Origin: a virus
IMG/VR virus record: IMGVR_UViG_3300024333_000005
Location: 21,242-85,241 of that record
Length of the DNA: 64,000 nucleotides
Reading direction: 5' to 3' (one strand)
A program made the position numbers and the translations under genes. Shown one piece after another: positions 1-10,335 of this stretch; within the stretch, counting starts at the first letter, position 1; each line of letters opens with the position of its first letter. Below the pieces are notes generated by a model that was not told where the DNA came from, made no database searches, and saw only the letters and a list, made by a program, of their open reading frames with translations.

Positions 1-1146
1 GGGCTGGAGCTGCGCCCGGCGGCAGACGGGACCTACCCCCTGACCGCGAACCTCTGGGGTCGGACCCCGACGCTCAACCCGGAGGCGGTGCGGGCCTGGC
101 GGGGACTCGACCTGGAGTACGCCACGCCGGTCGGCCCGGCCGGGCAGGCGGCGACCTCGGTGCGCCTGCGGCTCTACGACGGGGCGGTCGACCGCTACTG
201 GAACGGGGCGGCCTGGGCGGCGGCCGGGGCGGGCAACTGGAACACCCTGGCCGAGGCCCAGGACCACTTTGCCACCTTCCCCCTGACCAACCGCCGGCTG
301 GCCCTGACCCTGGGGCTGGCGACTACCAACCCGACCCTGACCCCGAGGGTCGCCCGGGCTGCTCTGCTCTACGACGTGGAGCTGGGGAGCGGAGTCGAGG
401 ATGCCGTCCTGCGCACCCTGCTCCGGGCCCTACGGGAACGGCTGCGGCCAGAGGCGGACGTGACCGTCCGCTGGCCCGGGGGCGTGCAGTACAACTTCGG
501 CTCCCTCGACCTGGAGGAACCCCCGGGCAAGGACCGCGCCCCGGTGGCGGCCTACGACCTGACCGCCGATCCCGGGCTCACCACCAACCTGTTCGCCAGC
601 TACGTCGGAGGCATCCTGACCCTGACCGCCGACCCCGGCGCCGGGCACAATGTCCTCCTGCGGGTGGCCTACACCCCCCACGTCGCTCTGGCGACCTCGC
701 CGGACTTCGACGAGGTGGCGGGGCTGCCGGCGATCCTGGGCGAGCGGGTAGCCGAGGTCCTGGTGGGGGAGGGCATTGGCCCGGAGGCCGCGATCCGGCG
801 CTCCGACCACAGCGCCTGGTCCCTGGGCGCCCCCCGCCAGGTCCGCTACGAGGTCGGGTTGCGGGTGGTCGCCTCCCGGCTGCTCGACCTGCTCCGGCTG
901 GGCGAAGCCCTGGAGGCTTCCCTCCGGGCAAGTCCTCTGGTACGCTCTGCGGCGCTCGACGTGCAGTACGCAGTCACCGTCTCCGAACCCCTCTCCCTGG
1001 CGCCCCGCACCGGCGAGGCCCTGGTCCATGAAGGGGGGTTGGCCCTGGCGCTGCGCGGCGTCGAGCTGTGGTACCGGACCCCGGTGGCCGGCGCCGGGGT
1101 CAAGCGCCTGGTGCTCGGCGGAGACCTCGCCGGCGCCATCGAGTAG
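1..1146 (+). CDS. Tail completion/terminator-like structural protein (5' truncated)
   Basis: Frame 1 is open from base 1; lies immediately before the sheath gene; C-terminal 'VRYEVGLRVVASRLLDLLRLGEAL' resembles Pvc16/tail terminator proteins. Confidence 0.55.
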   Translation, partial: GLELRPAADGTYPLTANLWGRTPTLNPEAVRAWRGLDLEYATPVGPAGQAATSVRLRLYDGAVDRYWNGAAWAAAGAGNWNTLAEAQDHFATFPLTNRRLALTLGLATTNPTLTPRVARAALLYDVELGSGVEDAVLRTLLRALRERLRPEADVTVRWPGGVQYNFGSLDLEEPPGKDRAPVAAYDLTADPGLTTNLFASYVGGILTLTADPGAGHNVLLRVAYTPHVALATSPDFDEVAGLPAILGERVAEVLVGEGIGPEAAIRRSDHSAWSLGAPRQVRYEVGLRVVASRLLDLLRLGEALEASLRASPLVRSAALDVQYAVTVSEPLSLAPRTGEALVHEGGLALALRGVELWYRTPVAGAGVKRLVLGGDLAGAIE

Positions 1147-1155
1147 GAGGCCGCG

Positions 1156-3891
1156 ATGGGTGTCACACGGCGGTTCGGTCCGGTTCAGGGCGCAGGCGTG
1201 GCAGTGGTGGAGCGGGAGCCCGAGGAGGGAATCCAGGCGTCCGCCCTGGGCGTGGCGGCCCTGTTCGGCCAGTTCGAGCGGGGGGACGTTTCGACGGTGG
1301 CCTCCCCGAAGCTGAACCGGGTCTCCGGGCTGGCCGGCTTCACCCGCATGCTGGGCGGCCGCATCGCCGCTTCGGTCGCCCCCGACGTGGCGCAGGACTA
1401 CTGGGCCCACGGCGAGGGAGCAGGCGAGCTGGTCTGCGTGCGCCTGACCGACGGGAGCGAGCTGACCGCCGAGCTGACCCTCTTCAACCGGAAGTGGGGC
1501 ACCGACTGGCATGCCCCGGCCTCTGCCAAGGGCAACGAGGCCCAGCTCAAGCGGGCGGTCCTGAAGGTGACCGCCCGCAACGCCGGGGCCTGGGGCGGCA
1601 AGCGGCGGACGCTCTGCGGCGAGTTCGGGGGCGGCGAGCTGACCGAGACCACCCTGGCGACCGGCCAGACCCTCAAGGTGAACGAGCTGGCCGGCGCCAC
1701 CCTGGCCCTGGGTGGCGTCGCCTTCCGCACCTACGAGGTCCTGTCCAATACCGCCGCCGGCGTGGCCACGGTCAAGGCCGGCGCGACCATGGTAACCGAC
1801 CTCGGGCTGTCGGCCGACAAGGAGTGGCGCATCACCCTGGACAACGGCATCGCCGTGGCCGGGGGGCGCAAGGCCCTGGGGGTCAAGGTGGTCGGCGCGG
1901 AGGTCGAGCCCACCCTCAACTTCGGGCTGGAGGTCTACCTCGACGGGGTCCTGACCGACCGCTACCCGACCCTCTCGATGGACCCGGCGAGCCAGTACTA
2001 CGTCGAGAAGGTGCTGGCGGCCGACGACGACGCCCTGATCGCCGTCAACGACCTCTGGAAGCTGACCGGGGAGCCGGTCGAGCCGGACACCCGGCCGGCG
2101 AACTTCCACGGCCGCCTGACCGCGGTGGACGCCACCACGGCCACGGTCGAGTGCGTGCAGGCCATCCAGGTCGACTCGGCCAACGTTCGCCTGGTCGCCG
2201 TGCGCTACCCGGCCGCCCCGGCCCTGGTCCCGCACCGGCTCACCTTCACCTGGGTCCTGGCGGACACGAAGTACACGGTGGCGGCGGCCGCCCTGGCCCG
2301 GCCGGGCGTGATCCTGACCGACCTCCCCGACTTCACCGTGGGGGCCGGCGAACAGCTCGGCAAGGACTACGACCCGGGCTACCCCTTCACCGTGGGGCTG
2401 CGCCTGGACCACGCCGCCTCTCCGGTCAACGGCACGAAGATCATCCTCGACGCGCTGCCCCTGGACGCCGCGGCCATCGCCGGCGGCGAGCTGGTCCCCA
2501 ACGCGGCGAACCCCTACCGCAAGCTGCGCGTCCGGTCCGCCACCCACCGGGTCCTGACCGTCGAGTCCGGGGACCCCTCGGTGCTCGGGACCGGCTCCAC
2601 GGCGGGCGCGGTCACCGGCACCATCGCCGAGCCCTACGCCATCGTGGTCGGGGTCAACGACGCGATGCGCATCGCGGTGGACGGCCGCAAGACCGTCGCC
2701 GTGATCCTGGCGCCCGACGCGGCGAAGACGGCCGCCGCGGTCGCCCTCGACATCAACGCCGCCTTCGACGCCATCTTCCCGGCCGGGACCCTGCACCCGG
2801 CCACGGCGGTCGCCGGCCGGGTGGTCCTGACCTCGCCCGGCGGCTTCTCCGCCGGCGGCCCGGCGTCGACCGTGGAGCTGGTCGACGCGCCCCAGAACGC
2901 CTACGCCACCCTCGGCATGGCGGTGGGGCTGGTCCGGGGCACGGCCGGGTCGGAGGCCGACGTGGGGTGGCTGGACGAGCCGGCGAACGGCTTCGACGGC
3001 GGGACGCCCGCCGACCAGAAGTACCTCGACGCCCTGTCCCTCGCCGACACCCCGCTCCGCCAGCTCGCGGACCAGGGCAAGGGCGTGATCCAGTTCGCCT
3101 GCCCCGGGACCACCGCGACCGCCGTGCAGAAGCAGATGATCGCCCTGGCCGAGGGGATGAACTACTACGCCCACCTGCTGCTCCCGGCCGCCACGACCAC
3201 CGAGCAGGCGGCGGTCGACCTGATCAACACCACCATCGGGCGGAGCGACTTCGCCGCCACCTACTTCCCGAGCTACGGCTACGTCAACGACCCCGACCGG
3301 GACGGGGTGCTCAAGCTGATCCCCCTGGTCGGCATGGTCCTGGGGCGGGACGCCCTCTACGCCCGCCGCTACGGGGGCTACCACCGGCCGGCGGCCGGGA
3401 TCGACGCCACCCTGCCCCGGGTGGTCAAGCTCCCCACCGGGGACACGGTGCTCAACGAGGAGATCCTGAACCCCCAGGGTCTCAATGTGGTCAAGAAGCT
3501 CCGGGGCAACTTCGTGCTCTGGGGCGCCCGGGGCCTGGCGAAGACCTCCGCCTTCCGCTTCCGGGCGCACCGGCTCCAGCTCTCCCACTACGAGTGGGTC
3601 TTCCGCGGGGCCTTCGACTGGGTGATCTTCCTGCTCAACACCGCCGCCCTCTGGGCGCAGCTCGTCTCCGCCTTCAAGGGCTACTTCGCCAGCGAGTTCG
3701 CCAAGGGCGCGGTCTACGGCGTCGACCTGGACGACGCGGTGACGGTCAAGATCGACGCCGAGAACAACCCGCCCGCCAGCATGGCGGCCGGGGACCTGAA
3801 CGCCGAGATCGGGCTGCGGCTGCCCGACGTGGTGGAGCGGTTCGTCGTCACCGTCGGCAAGCGGGGCGTCTACGAGGGCGTCTCCGCCTAG
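1156..3891 (+). CDS. Tail sheath protein (911 aa, with large insertions)
   Basis: GGAGG RBS; N-term 'GVAVVERE..ALFGQFERG', 'ARNAGAWG'; C-term 'AATYFP', 'LNPQGLNVV', 'VLWGAR' sheath motifs. Confidence 0.93.
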   Translation: MGVTRRFGPVQGAGVAVVEREPEEGIQASALGVAALFGQFERGDVSTVASPKLNRVSGLAGFTRMLGGRIAASVAPDVAQDYWAHGEGAGELVCVRLTDGSELTAELTLFNRKWGTDWHAPASAKGNEAQLKRAVLKVTARNAGAWGGKRRTLCGEFGGGELTETTLATGQTLKVNELAGATLALGGVAFRTYEVLSNTAAGVATVKAGATMVTDLGLSADKEWRITLDNGIAVAGGRKALGVKVVGAEVEPTLNFGLEVYLDGVLTDRYPTLSMDPASQYYVEKVLAADDDALIAVNDLWKLTGEPVEPDTRPANFHGRLTAVDATTATVECVQAIQVDSANVRLVAVRYPAAPALVPHRLTFTWVLADTKYTVAAAALARPGVILTDLPDFTVGAGEQLGKDYDPGYPFTVGLRLDHAASPVNGTKIILDALPLDAAAIAGGELVPNAANPYRKLRVRSATHRVLTVESGDPSVLGTGSTAGAVTGTIAEPYAIVVGVNDAMRIAVDGRKTVAVILAPDAAKTAAAVALDINAAFDAIFPAGTLHPATAVAGRVVLTSPGGFSAGGPASTVELVDAPQNAYATLGMAVGLVRGTAGSEADVGWLDEPANGFDGGTPADQKYLDALSLADTPLRQLADQGKGVIQFACPGTTATAVQKQMIALAEGMNYYAHLLLPAATTTEQAAVDLINTTIGRSDFAATYFPSYGYVNDPDRDGVLKLIPLVGMVLGRDALYARRYGGYHRPAAGIDATLPRVVKLPTGDTVLNEEILNPQGLNVVKKLRGNFVLWGARGLAKTSAFRFRAHRLQLSHYEWVFRGAFDWVIFLLNTAALWAQLVSAFKGYFASEFAKGAVYGVDLDDAVTVKIDAENNPPASMAAGDLNAEIGLRLPDVVERFVVTVGKRGVYEGVSA

Positions 3892-3911
3892 CTCGGAGGG
3901 GAGGAAGAAGC

Positions 3912-4355
3912 ATGCCAGCGAAGGGCACCATCAAGCCGGACCACATCCCGGTCAACAAGTTCATGCTGCTCGTCGCCGGGCTCCCGCCCCTGACCATCCT
4001 CAAGGTGGCCGGCATCGAGGAGGAGCTGGAGACCGTCGACCTGCCCGACCGCACCCGGGCCTCCGGCGGGAACACGAAGCCGTCGACCTTCGACGTGACC
4101 ACGCCCCTGCACCATGTCGTCGAGCAGGCAGCCTGGGAGGCGTGGTACAAGGAGGCGCAGGACCCGACCTGGCCGACCGCGAAGAAGGTCGGCACCCTGG
4201 TCCTCCAGAGCATCTCGGGGGCGGTCTTCCGCTCCTTCTCCCTGCTCGGGGTCTTCGTCCACAAGCGGGCGCTCCCCGAGCTGGACATGGCCAACGAGGG
4301 CGAGCTGGCAACCGTGGTCTGGACCCTCTCGGCCGACGACGTGCTGCCGGTCTAG
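3912..4355 (+). CDS. Tail tube protein (T4 gp19-like)
   Basis: ATG at 3912 after a purine-rich RBS; 147 aa; follows sheath; 'WEAWY', 'KKVGTL', 'PELDMANEGELA' tube pattern. Confidence 0.85.
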   Translation: MPAKGTIKPDHIPVNKFMLLVAGLPPLTILKVAGIEEELETVDLPDRTRASGGNTKPSTFDVTTPLHHVVEQAAWEAWYKEAQDPTWPTAKKVGTLVLQSISGAVFRSFSLLGVFVHKRALPELDMANEGELATVVWTLSADDVLPV

Positions 4356-4410
4356 CCGCCGGCGGCCAGCGCTCCACAAGCCCGGCCACCGGGCATCTGG
4401 GAGGCGCCGC

Positions 4411-5334
4411 ATGCCCCACCTCAAGACCCTCGACGACCTGGGACCTTCGCTGCCGGTAGGCATCGAGGGGCCTGCCGGCGACCGGCTGCTCGACTACTCC
4501 TTCCGCCCCTGGCGGACCTCGACCGAGCTGGCGGTCAGCAAGGTGCGGGACCGGGAGCGGACCCTCACCCCGGCGCAGACCGTCTCGGTGGTCCTGGCCC
4601 ACCTCCTGCGGACCTGGGGCGGCCTGGACTTCGACCGGCTCACCGAGGGCGAGCGGCGCCTGGCCTTGGCCCGGGCCTACGCCGCCGACGTATACGTGGC
4701 CTGGGTGCAGCTCCGCCGACAGGTCCTTGGCAACGAGTACGAGCAGCGGGTCACCTGCGGCTTTTGCCGGCACGCCTTCGTCTACGCGGTGGACCTGGGC
4801 TCCCTGGAGGTCCGGGCACTGGACTCGGACGAGGAGGTCTCCCGGCCGGCGCTGCTCCGGGACGGGCTGCTCTACCAGGGGCAGGAGCGGCGAGTTCTGA
4901 CCCTGCGGCCGGTGGCCTGGGCCACCTACGAGGGCATGGCGGCGACCTTCGACGTGGCTCGCCTCAAGCTGGGCGTCCTGGCCGGGGCCATCTGGGGGAT
5001 CGAGGGAGCGGACCGGAACCCGGTCCGCCTGGTCCCCGAGCAGATCGACCTCACCAAGCGGGACCTGGAGGCGCTGGTCCGGGCCATCGACGACGAGGAG
5101 CCCGGCCCCAACCTGGCCCTCGACCTGGCCTGCCCGAGCTGCGGAACGCCCATCCGGCAGGCGCTCTCCTGGGTCTACGACCCTTTCTTCTCGGCCCGGG
5201 CCTCTGGGACTGGCCCGCGGCCGACGCCGTCCGGGAAGAGCTGTTCGTCCTCGCCTACGCGGTTCCCGGAGCCCGACTCGACCTCGATGCCTGCACCCCC
5301 GAGGACCGACGGCACTACCTCCGGCTGCTCGTAG
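4411..5334 (+). CDS. Tail assembly chaperone / baseplate hub assembly protein (T4 gp26/gp51-like, two CxxC motifs)
   Basis: Lies between tube and tape measure; CGFC and CPSC motifs; conserved part ends 'YDPFF' at a slippery site. Confidence 0.75.
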   Translation: MPHLKTLDDLGPSLPVGIEGPAGDRLLDYSFRPWRTSTELAVSKVRDRERTLTPAQTVSVVLAHLLRTWGGLDFDRLTEGERRLALARAYAADVYVAWVQLRRQVLGNEYEQRVTCGFCRHAFVYAVDLGSLEVRALDSDEEVSRPALLRDGLLYQGQERRVLTLRPVAWATYEGMAATFDVARLKLGVLAGAIWGIEGADRNPVRLVPEQIDLTKRDLEALVRAIDDEEPGPNLALDLACPSCGTPIRQALSWVYDPFFSARASGTGPRPTPSGKSCSSSPTRFPEPDSTSMPAPPRTDGTTSGCS

Positions 5335-5387
5335 CCCAGAAGGAGCGAGAGGAGAGCGCCTTGCGGAAGGCCAGCGGCAAGCGGTAG
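5181..5387 (+). other. -1 programmed frameshift site C_CCT_TTC and frameshifted chaperone C-terminal extension
   Basis: X_XXY_YYZ heptamer in frame at 5181-5187; the -1 frame encodes 'REELFVLAY...RRHYLRLLVAQKEREE', lacks an obvious independent start, and ends 10 nt before the tape measure gene. Confidence 0.8.
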
Positions 5388-5396
5388 GGTGGGGCG

Positions 5397-7709
5397 ATGG
5401 ACCGGCTCGGCATCGGCGCCATCCTGGAGTTCTCGGCGGGCACGGCAGTCGCCGAGATGCTCGCCGCCGGGCGCCACGTCGAGGCCCTGAAGACCGGGTT
5501 CCGCTCCCTGGGAGCGGGCACCGCCCAGGTTTTCGGCGGCCTGATGCAGGGGCTCATGATGGTTGCTCCGGCCCTGCTCGCGGTCAAGGCGGCCGCAGCC
5601 GGGGCGGTGGTCAAGTTCGCCCTGTTCGAGGAGGGCCTGGCGAAGATCGGGACCCTGCTCCCGGGCGGGACCCGGCAGGCCACCGAGTACGCCGACGCCA
5701 TGAAGGCCCTGGCGATCACCTACGGACAAGGGCTGGCGGTGATCGGCGAGGGGGTCTTCCAAGCGATCTCCGCTTCGGTCAAGGCGGAGGAGTCCACCGC
5801 CTTCATGCACGTCGCGGCCCAGACCGCGGCCGCCGGCTTCACCGACATCAAGACCTCGGTGGATGCCCTGACGAACGTCATCAACGCCTACGGCGCCGCC
5901 CTGGGCACGAACGCCACCGCGGCGGAGAAGGCGACCCGCATCGCGGACGCGATGTTCACCGCCAACCGGGAGGGCAAGACCACCGTCGACGAGCTGTCCC
6001 GCTACCTGGGCCAGGTCGTCTCCACCACGGCGCAGGCGAAGATCCCCTTCGAGGAGCTGACCGCGGCCATCGCCGCCCTGACCAAGACCGGCCTCAACAC
6101 CGCGATGTCGGTCACGTCCATCAACCAGGCCATCCTCGCCTTCGTCTCCCCGAGCAAACAGGCCAAGGAAGCGGCGGCCCGCTTCGGGGTGGACCTGTCC
6201 GCGGCCACCCTGGCAAGCCGGGGGCTCCAGGGGGCGCTCGCCCTGGTCAAGAGCAAGATCGGCGGAAGCATCGAGGCGATGGCGCAGTTCTTCCCCGAGG
6301 TCCGGGCACTGCGCGGCGCCCTGGTCCTGGCCGGCGAGGGGGCGGCCGACTTCGCCAACATCCTGCGCCTTACCCGGGAGGAGAGCGGCATCACCACCCA
6401 GAAGTTCGCCGACGTGGCGCAGGGGATCACCTTCCAGTTCCAGCGGGTCCTCCGGGCTGGCGAGGTGGCGGCGGTGGACGTGGGCGAGGCGATCTTCCGG
6501 GGGCTGGCGATCAAGCCCCAGGAGGCGGGCGACCGCCTGGTCGCTCTCTTCGGCCGGCTGGGGGAGAAGGTCGAGGGCTTCGTGGCCCTGGTCAAGCGCG
6601 GCTTCGCCGAGCTGGGGCTGCCCGAGAAGCTGAAGGCGGCCCGGGAAGGCTTCGAGCGGCTGGGCGCGGCCATCGACGAAGCGTTCGGGAGCGAGGCCGC
6701 AGGGCGAGCCGCGGCCATCGCCGCCGCCCTGGGGACCCTGGCCGCGGTGGCCGCGCCCGCGGCCCTGGCCCTGCTCCCCCTGGGTATGGGGCTCTCCAGC
6801 CTGGTCACCGTCGGGAGCGGCCTCTCCACCATGATCTCCGGGCTGGTCGGGGTGCTGGGTGGCGCCGCCGGCCTGCTCTCGGGGCCGGTGCTGATCGGGA
6901 TCGCCGCGGTGGCGGGGGCCATCGCCGCCTTCGCCCTGAACGCTGGCGGCCTGCGAGACGCCGTGATGGACCTGGTCGGGGCAGTGCTGGAGGCCGCCAA
7001 GCCGGCTTGGGAGGCTCTGCTCGGGGTCTGGACCGCGCTCCGGCCGCACCTGGAGATCCTGGTCGCCGTGCTCGGGTCTGCCCTGACCCCGGTGGTCCAG
7101 CTTCTGACCCCCATCGTTAGCTTCCTGGTCGACACCGTTGCCCGCTGGGCGCGGGCGCTGGGAGCGCTGCTGACCTTCCTTCAGCCCGTGAGCGCCCTGG
7201 TCGGGACCGTGTTGGTGGTCGCCTTCAAGGGGCTGGGCGTAGTCCTTGACGCCACCATCATCCCGGCCTTCGAGGCGCTCCGCTTCTGCCTGGGGTGGGT
7301 CTTCGACAAGCTCATGGGGATCATCGGGGCGATCAACGAGGTCCTCCGCCTGGGCGGCCTGCTCGGCCAGAGCAAGGGGCTCCTGGCGTTGAGCCAGGTG
7401 ACCATCGGCGGGGCCCGCCCCGGCATGCCGGCACCATCGCCGGCCCTGGCCCCGGCCGCGGCGACCGCGGTGGCCGAAGCCAAGGGGTCCGAGGTCAAGG
7501 CGGCCGCGGTGGCGGCGGGCATGGCCGCGGTCGCCCCGCCTCCGGCCCAGGTCACGGTCGAGAACCGGGTGAGCCTCGACGGAAGGGAAGTGGCCGCGGC
7601 GACTTCCCGGGCGCAGCTTGAGATCACCGAGCGAGCCGGGGCCCGGCTCACGCCCTGGCAACGGCGGCAGATCGTCGCCGGGGGCCTGACCCTGGCGGCG
7701 GCGAGGTAG
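5397..7709 (+). CDS. Tape measure protein (TP901 family)
   Basis: Ala/Gly-rich helical 770 aa; 'IADAMF..NREGKTTVDEL', 'PFEEL.AAIAALT' core; hydrophobic segments; C-term 'LDGREVA'. Confidence 0.92.
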   Translation: MDRLGIGAILEFSAGTAVAEMLAAGRHVEALKTGFRSLGAGTAQVFGGLMQGLMMVAPALLAVKAAAAGAVVKFALFEEGLAKIGTLLPGGTRQATEYADAMKALAITYGQGLAVIGEGVFQAISASVKAEESTAFMHVAAQTAAAGFTDIKTSVDALTNVINAYGAALGTNATAAEKATRIADAMFTANREGKTTVDELSRYLGQVVSTTAQAKIPFEELTAAIAALTKTGLNTAMSVTSINQAILAFVSPSKQAKEAAARFGVDLSAATLASRGLQGALALVKSKIGGSIEAMAQFFPEVRALRGALVLAGEGAADFANILRLTREESGITTQKFADVAQGITFQFQRVLRAGEVAAVDVGEAIFRGLAIKPQEAGDRLVALFGRLGEKVEGFVALVKRGFAELGLPEKLKAAREGFERLGAAIDEAFGSEAAGRAAAIAAALGTLAAVAAPAALALLPLGMGLSSLVTVGSGLSTMISGLVGVLGGAAGLLSGPVLIGIAAVAGAIAAFALNAGGLRDAVMDLVGAVLEAAKPAWEALLGVWTALRPHLEILVAVLGSALTPVVQLLTPIVSFLVDTVARWARALGALLTFLQPVSALVGTVLVVAFKGLGVVLDATIIPAFEALRFCLGWVFDKLMGIIGAINEVLRLGGLLGQSKGLLALSQVTIGGARPGMPAPSPALAPAAATAVAEAKGSEVKAAAVAAGMAAVAPPPAQVTVENRVSLDGREVAAATSRAQLEITERAGARLTPWQRRQIVAGGLTLAAAR

Positions 7710-7712
7710 GCC

Positions 7713-8489
7713 ATGAGCGTCCTCCGGGGCGGCTCGCACAGGATGGCGGTCTGGACCCTGGTCCACTTGGACGGCTTGCGCCGGGGGAGCATCGTCGACG
7801 GGCAGTATGCCTGCGAGGGCTACACCGAGCGGCTGGGCGCGGCCTGGGCCGAGGTTCCTCTGCCGCAGCGGGCGCCGGCCTGGCAGTGGACCCGGGCCGA
7901 GGCCGAGGGGGCAACCTTCATCGCCCGCTTCTGGGCACCGAACGCGACCCTGATCGAGCGGCAGCGCATCCTCGACCGGGTGGCCGCCCTGCGAGAAGCG
8001 GTGCGCTCCGACCCGACCCTCGGCCGGCCGCCCCGGATGCGCTTCACCTGGGGCAGCCTGGGCTACGACTGCGTGGTCGCCGGGGTGGGGGACCTGCGCT
8101 ACGAGGAGCTGTGGTCGGACGGCTCGCCGAAGGCCGTGACCTGCCGGGTAGAGCTGATCCGCTACGCCGACCCGCCGGCCCTGGAGCCGACCGACCTGGC
8201 GGCCCCCGAGCACCTGTCCCGCTACCGGCCCATGCTGGAGGGCGGGACCTACGAGACGATGGCCCTGAAGGAGTGGGACAACCCCTCGCTGGGCGTGCTG
8301 CTCCGCCAGGAGAACGACCTGGCCTTCCCGCCGGCCGGCACCATCGTCCGCTGCCCGGCCGCTGACCACTTCACCGGGAAGGCCCTGCGGCCGGTCGCCT
8401 ACGCCCTGTCCGACGCCGAGCCGGCGGTGGCGGCCCGGAACGCCCTGCTCGACGCCCGGGGCGGGGCGGTCGAGGTCGCCTACCTGTGA
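7713..8489 (+). CDS. CIS-type tube initiator protein (degenerate LysM-like C-terminus)
   Basis: 'RPPRMRFTWG..YDCVV..RYEELWSDGSPKAVTCRVEL' matches the CIS tube-protein pattern; position after tape measure. Confidence 0.75.
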   Translation: MSVLRGGSHRMAVWTLVHLDGLRRGSIVDGQYACEGYTERLGAAWAEVPLPQRAPAWQWTRAEAEGATFIARFWAPNATLIERQRILDRVAALREAVRSDPTLGRPPRMRFTWGSLGYDCVVAGVGDLRYEELWSDGSPKAVTCRVELIRYADPPALEPTDLAAPEHLSRYRPMLEGGTYETMALKEWDNPSLGVLLRQENDLAFPPAGTIVRCPAADHFTGKALRPVAYALSDAEPAVAARNALLDARGGAVEVAYL

Positions 8490-9685
8490 CCGACCTGATG
8501 GCCCCGGCCTTCGCCCTGCGGGTCGAGGGCGGCCGCCTGGGCGAAGACGTGACCCGCCGAGTGCTGGGTGTGCGCTGGGAGCACACCCTGGACCTGGCCG
8601 CGTGCCTGGAGGTCGCGCTCGACGACACCGGGCACACCCTCTCCGATGGCAAGTGGTTCGCCCCCGGCAACGAGCTGGAGCTGTACCTGGGCTACGGCAC
8701 CGAGCTGACCTTCGTCGGCCGGGGCGAGATCATGCGCCACCTGCCGACCTACCCCCGGGACGGGGCCCCGACCCTGCGGGTCCGGGCCTATGACCGGGGC
8801 TTCCGGCTGGGCCTGGCCCAGACCGAGGTGACCGGCGGCCGGAGCGACCGGCCGAAGCGCAAGCCCGGAGCGCAGGCGGGCCGGGTCCACAAGGGAGAGC
8901 TGGGCCGGGTGGTGGGCGAGTTGCTGGACGCCCACGGCATCACCCCGCTGGTCGACCCCGAGCTGGTCGGCGAGCGGGTGACCTACGTGCAGAAGAAGGG
9001 CACCACCGACCTCCAGTTCCTCCGGGCACTGGCCCGGCTCTGGGGAGCCGAGCTGGCGGTCGAGTGGGAGCCGGACTCGACGAGCTGGGTGGGCTACTTC
9101 CTCAAGCCCGGCCGGCGGCCGCAGACCGAGCGCTACACCTTCCGCTGGGGCGACGGCGACCGCACCACCCTGCTCGCGGTGGAGCTGGAGTTCGGCACGC
9201 CGGAAGGGGCGACCGACCTCGAAGCCTACGTCTGGGACCGGGCGGCGGGCGAGTGGCGAGCGCTCCGGGAGGCCAAGTACACCGCCGGCCGCTCGGAGAA
9301 GGCCGAGCCTGGGAGCGTGGCCGAGAGCCCGGCCCTGGGGCGGCATGCCCGAGCCGGGTCCACCGTGGACCCGATCACCTCGGCCACCCGGCTGCTCCTG
9401 GCGGTCCGGGGACAGAGCGTCGAGGTGCTGACCCGACCGTTCCAGAACGCGGCCCAGGCGCAGCGCTTCGCCCTGGACTGGTGGGCGCAGCACCGGGACG
9501 CCTTCGTGTCGGCCCGGGGCCTACTCCCCGGGGTCGAGACCCTGCGAGCTGGTCAGACGCACCGGCTGGAGGGCCTGGGGGTGCGCCACGACGGGGACTA
9601 CTACCTGACCCGAGTCGAGCACCGCTGGGAGCCCGGCTCCGGCTACCTGGTGAGCTTCGATGGCCACAAGGTGCTGACCGAGTGA
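8486..9685 (+). CDS. Baseplate hub protein (late control D / gp27-like)
   Basis: 'GNELELYLGY', 'Q..TTDLQFLRALA', 'LRAGQ...GLG..HDGDYYLTRVEH' motifs. Confidence 0.88.
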   Translation: MTDLMAPAFALRVEGGRLGEDVTRRVLGVRWEHTLDLAACLEVALDDTGHTLSDGKWFAPGNELELYLGYGTELTFVGRGEIMRHLPTYPRDGAPTLRVRAYDRGFRLGLAQTEVTGGRSDRPKRKPGAQAGRVHKGELGRVVGELLDAHGITPLVDPELVGERVTYVQKKGTTDLQFLRALARLWGAELAVEWEPDSTSWVGYFLKPGRRPQTERYTFRWGDGDRTTLLAVELEFGTPEGATDLEAYVWDRAAGEWRALREAKYTAGRSEKAEPGSVAESPALGRHARAGSTVDPITSATRLLLAVRGQSVEVLTRPFQNAAQAQRFALDWWAQHRDAFVSARGLLPGVETLRAGQTHRLEGLGVRHDGDYYLTRVEHRWEPGSGYLVSFDGHKVLTE

Positions 9686-10335
9686 GGCTCGACTACCGGG
9701 ACGTGACCGAGGGCACGGTCACCGACATCGCCGACCCGGAGCGGCGGGGCCGCATCCGGGCGACGGCGCCGGCCCTGCTCGGGGATGGCCTGGAGCTGCC
9801 CGACTGGATCGAGCCGACCTTCCCCTTCGCCGGCCCGGGCTGCGGCCTGTTCCTGGTGCCCCCGGTAGGAGCGGCCGTCGAGCTGGAGCACGTGGTCGGG
9901 GCCGCCGACGACGACGTGCCCGGGACTGCTCCCCTGCTCAACCCGCAGTACCGCTGGCGGGCGGGGCTCTGGCGCAGCACCGCCGATGTGCCCGAGGACT
10001 TCCTGCGGGACTACCCCCGCCGGCTGGGCCTGCGCTCGCCGGGCGGGGCGACGGTGGTGCTCGACGACGCTGGCTCCCGGCTCATCCTCAAGGCCGGCAC
10101 CCTGCGCCTGGGCGCCGACAATGCGGCCGAGCCCCTGGTGCTGGGCGAGGTCTTCCTGGCCTTCATGGGAAGCTTCATCGACTACTTCCTGGGGCACTTC
10201 CATGCCACGTCGGGCGGTCCCTCCGGCCCTCCCGACCCGGCGACGGTCGCCGGCATGCAGGCGCTCAAGGCATCCGACGTGACCGGCCGAGCGCTGGTGT
10301 CGGACGAGAGCTTCGCCCGCAAGGGAGGCCCCTGA
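9682..10335 (+). CDS. Baseplate spike protein (gpV/gp5 OB-fold)
   Basis: GTG overlaps the upstream TGA; 'GTVTDIADPERRGRIRA', 'GLFLVPPVG', C-terminal HxH ('HFH') tip motif. Confidence 0.87.
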   Translation: MRLDYRDVTEGTVTDIADPERRGRIRATAPALLGDGLELPDWIEPTFPFAGPGCGLFLVPPVGAAVELEHVVGAADDDVPGTAPLLNPQYRWRAGLWRSTADVPEDFLRDYPRRLGLRSPGGATVVLDDAGSRLILKAGTLRLGADNAAEPLVLGEVFLAFMGSFIDYFLGHFHATSGGPSGPPDPATVAGMQALKASDVTGRALVSDESFARKGGP

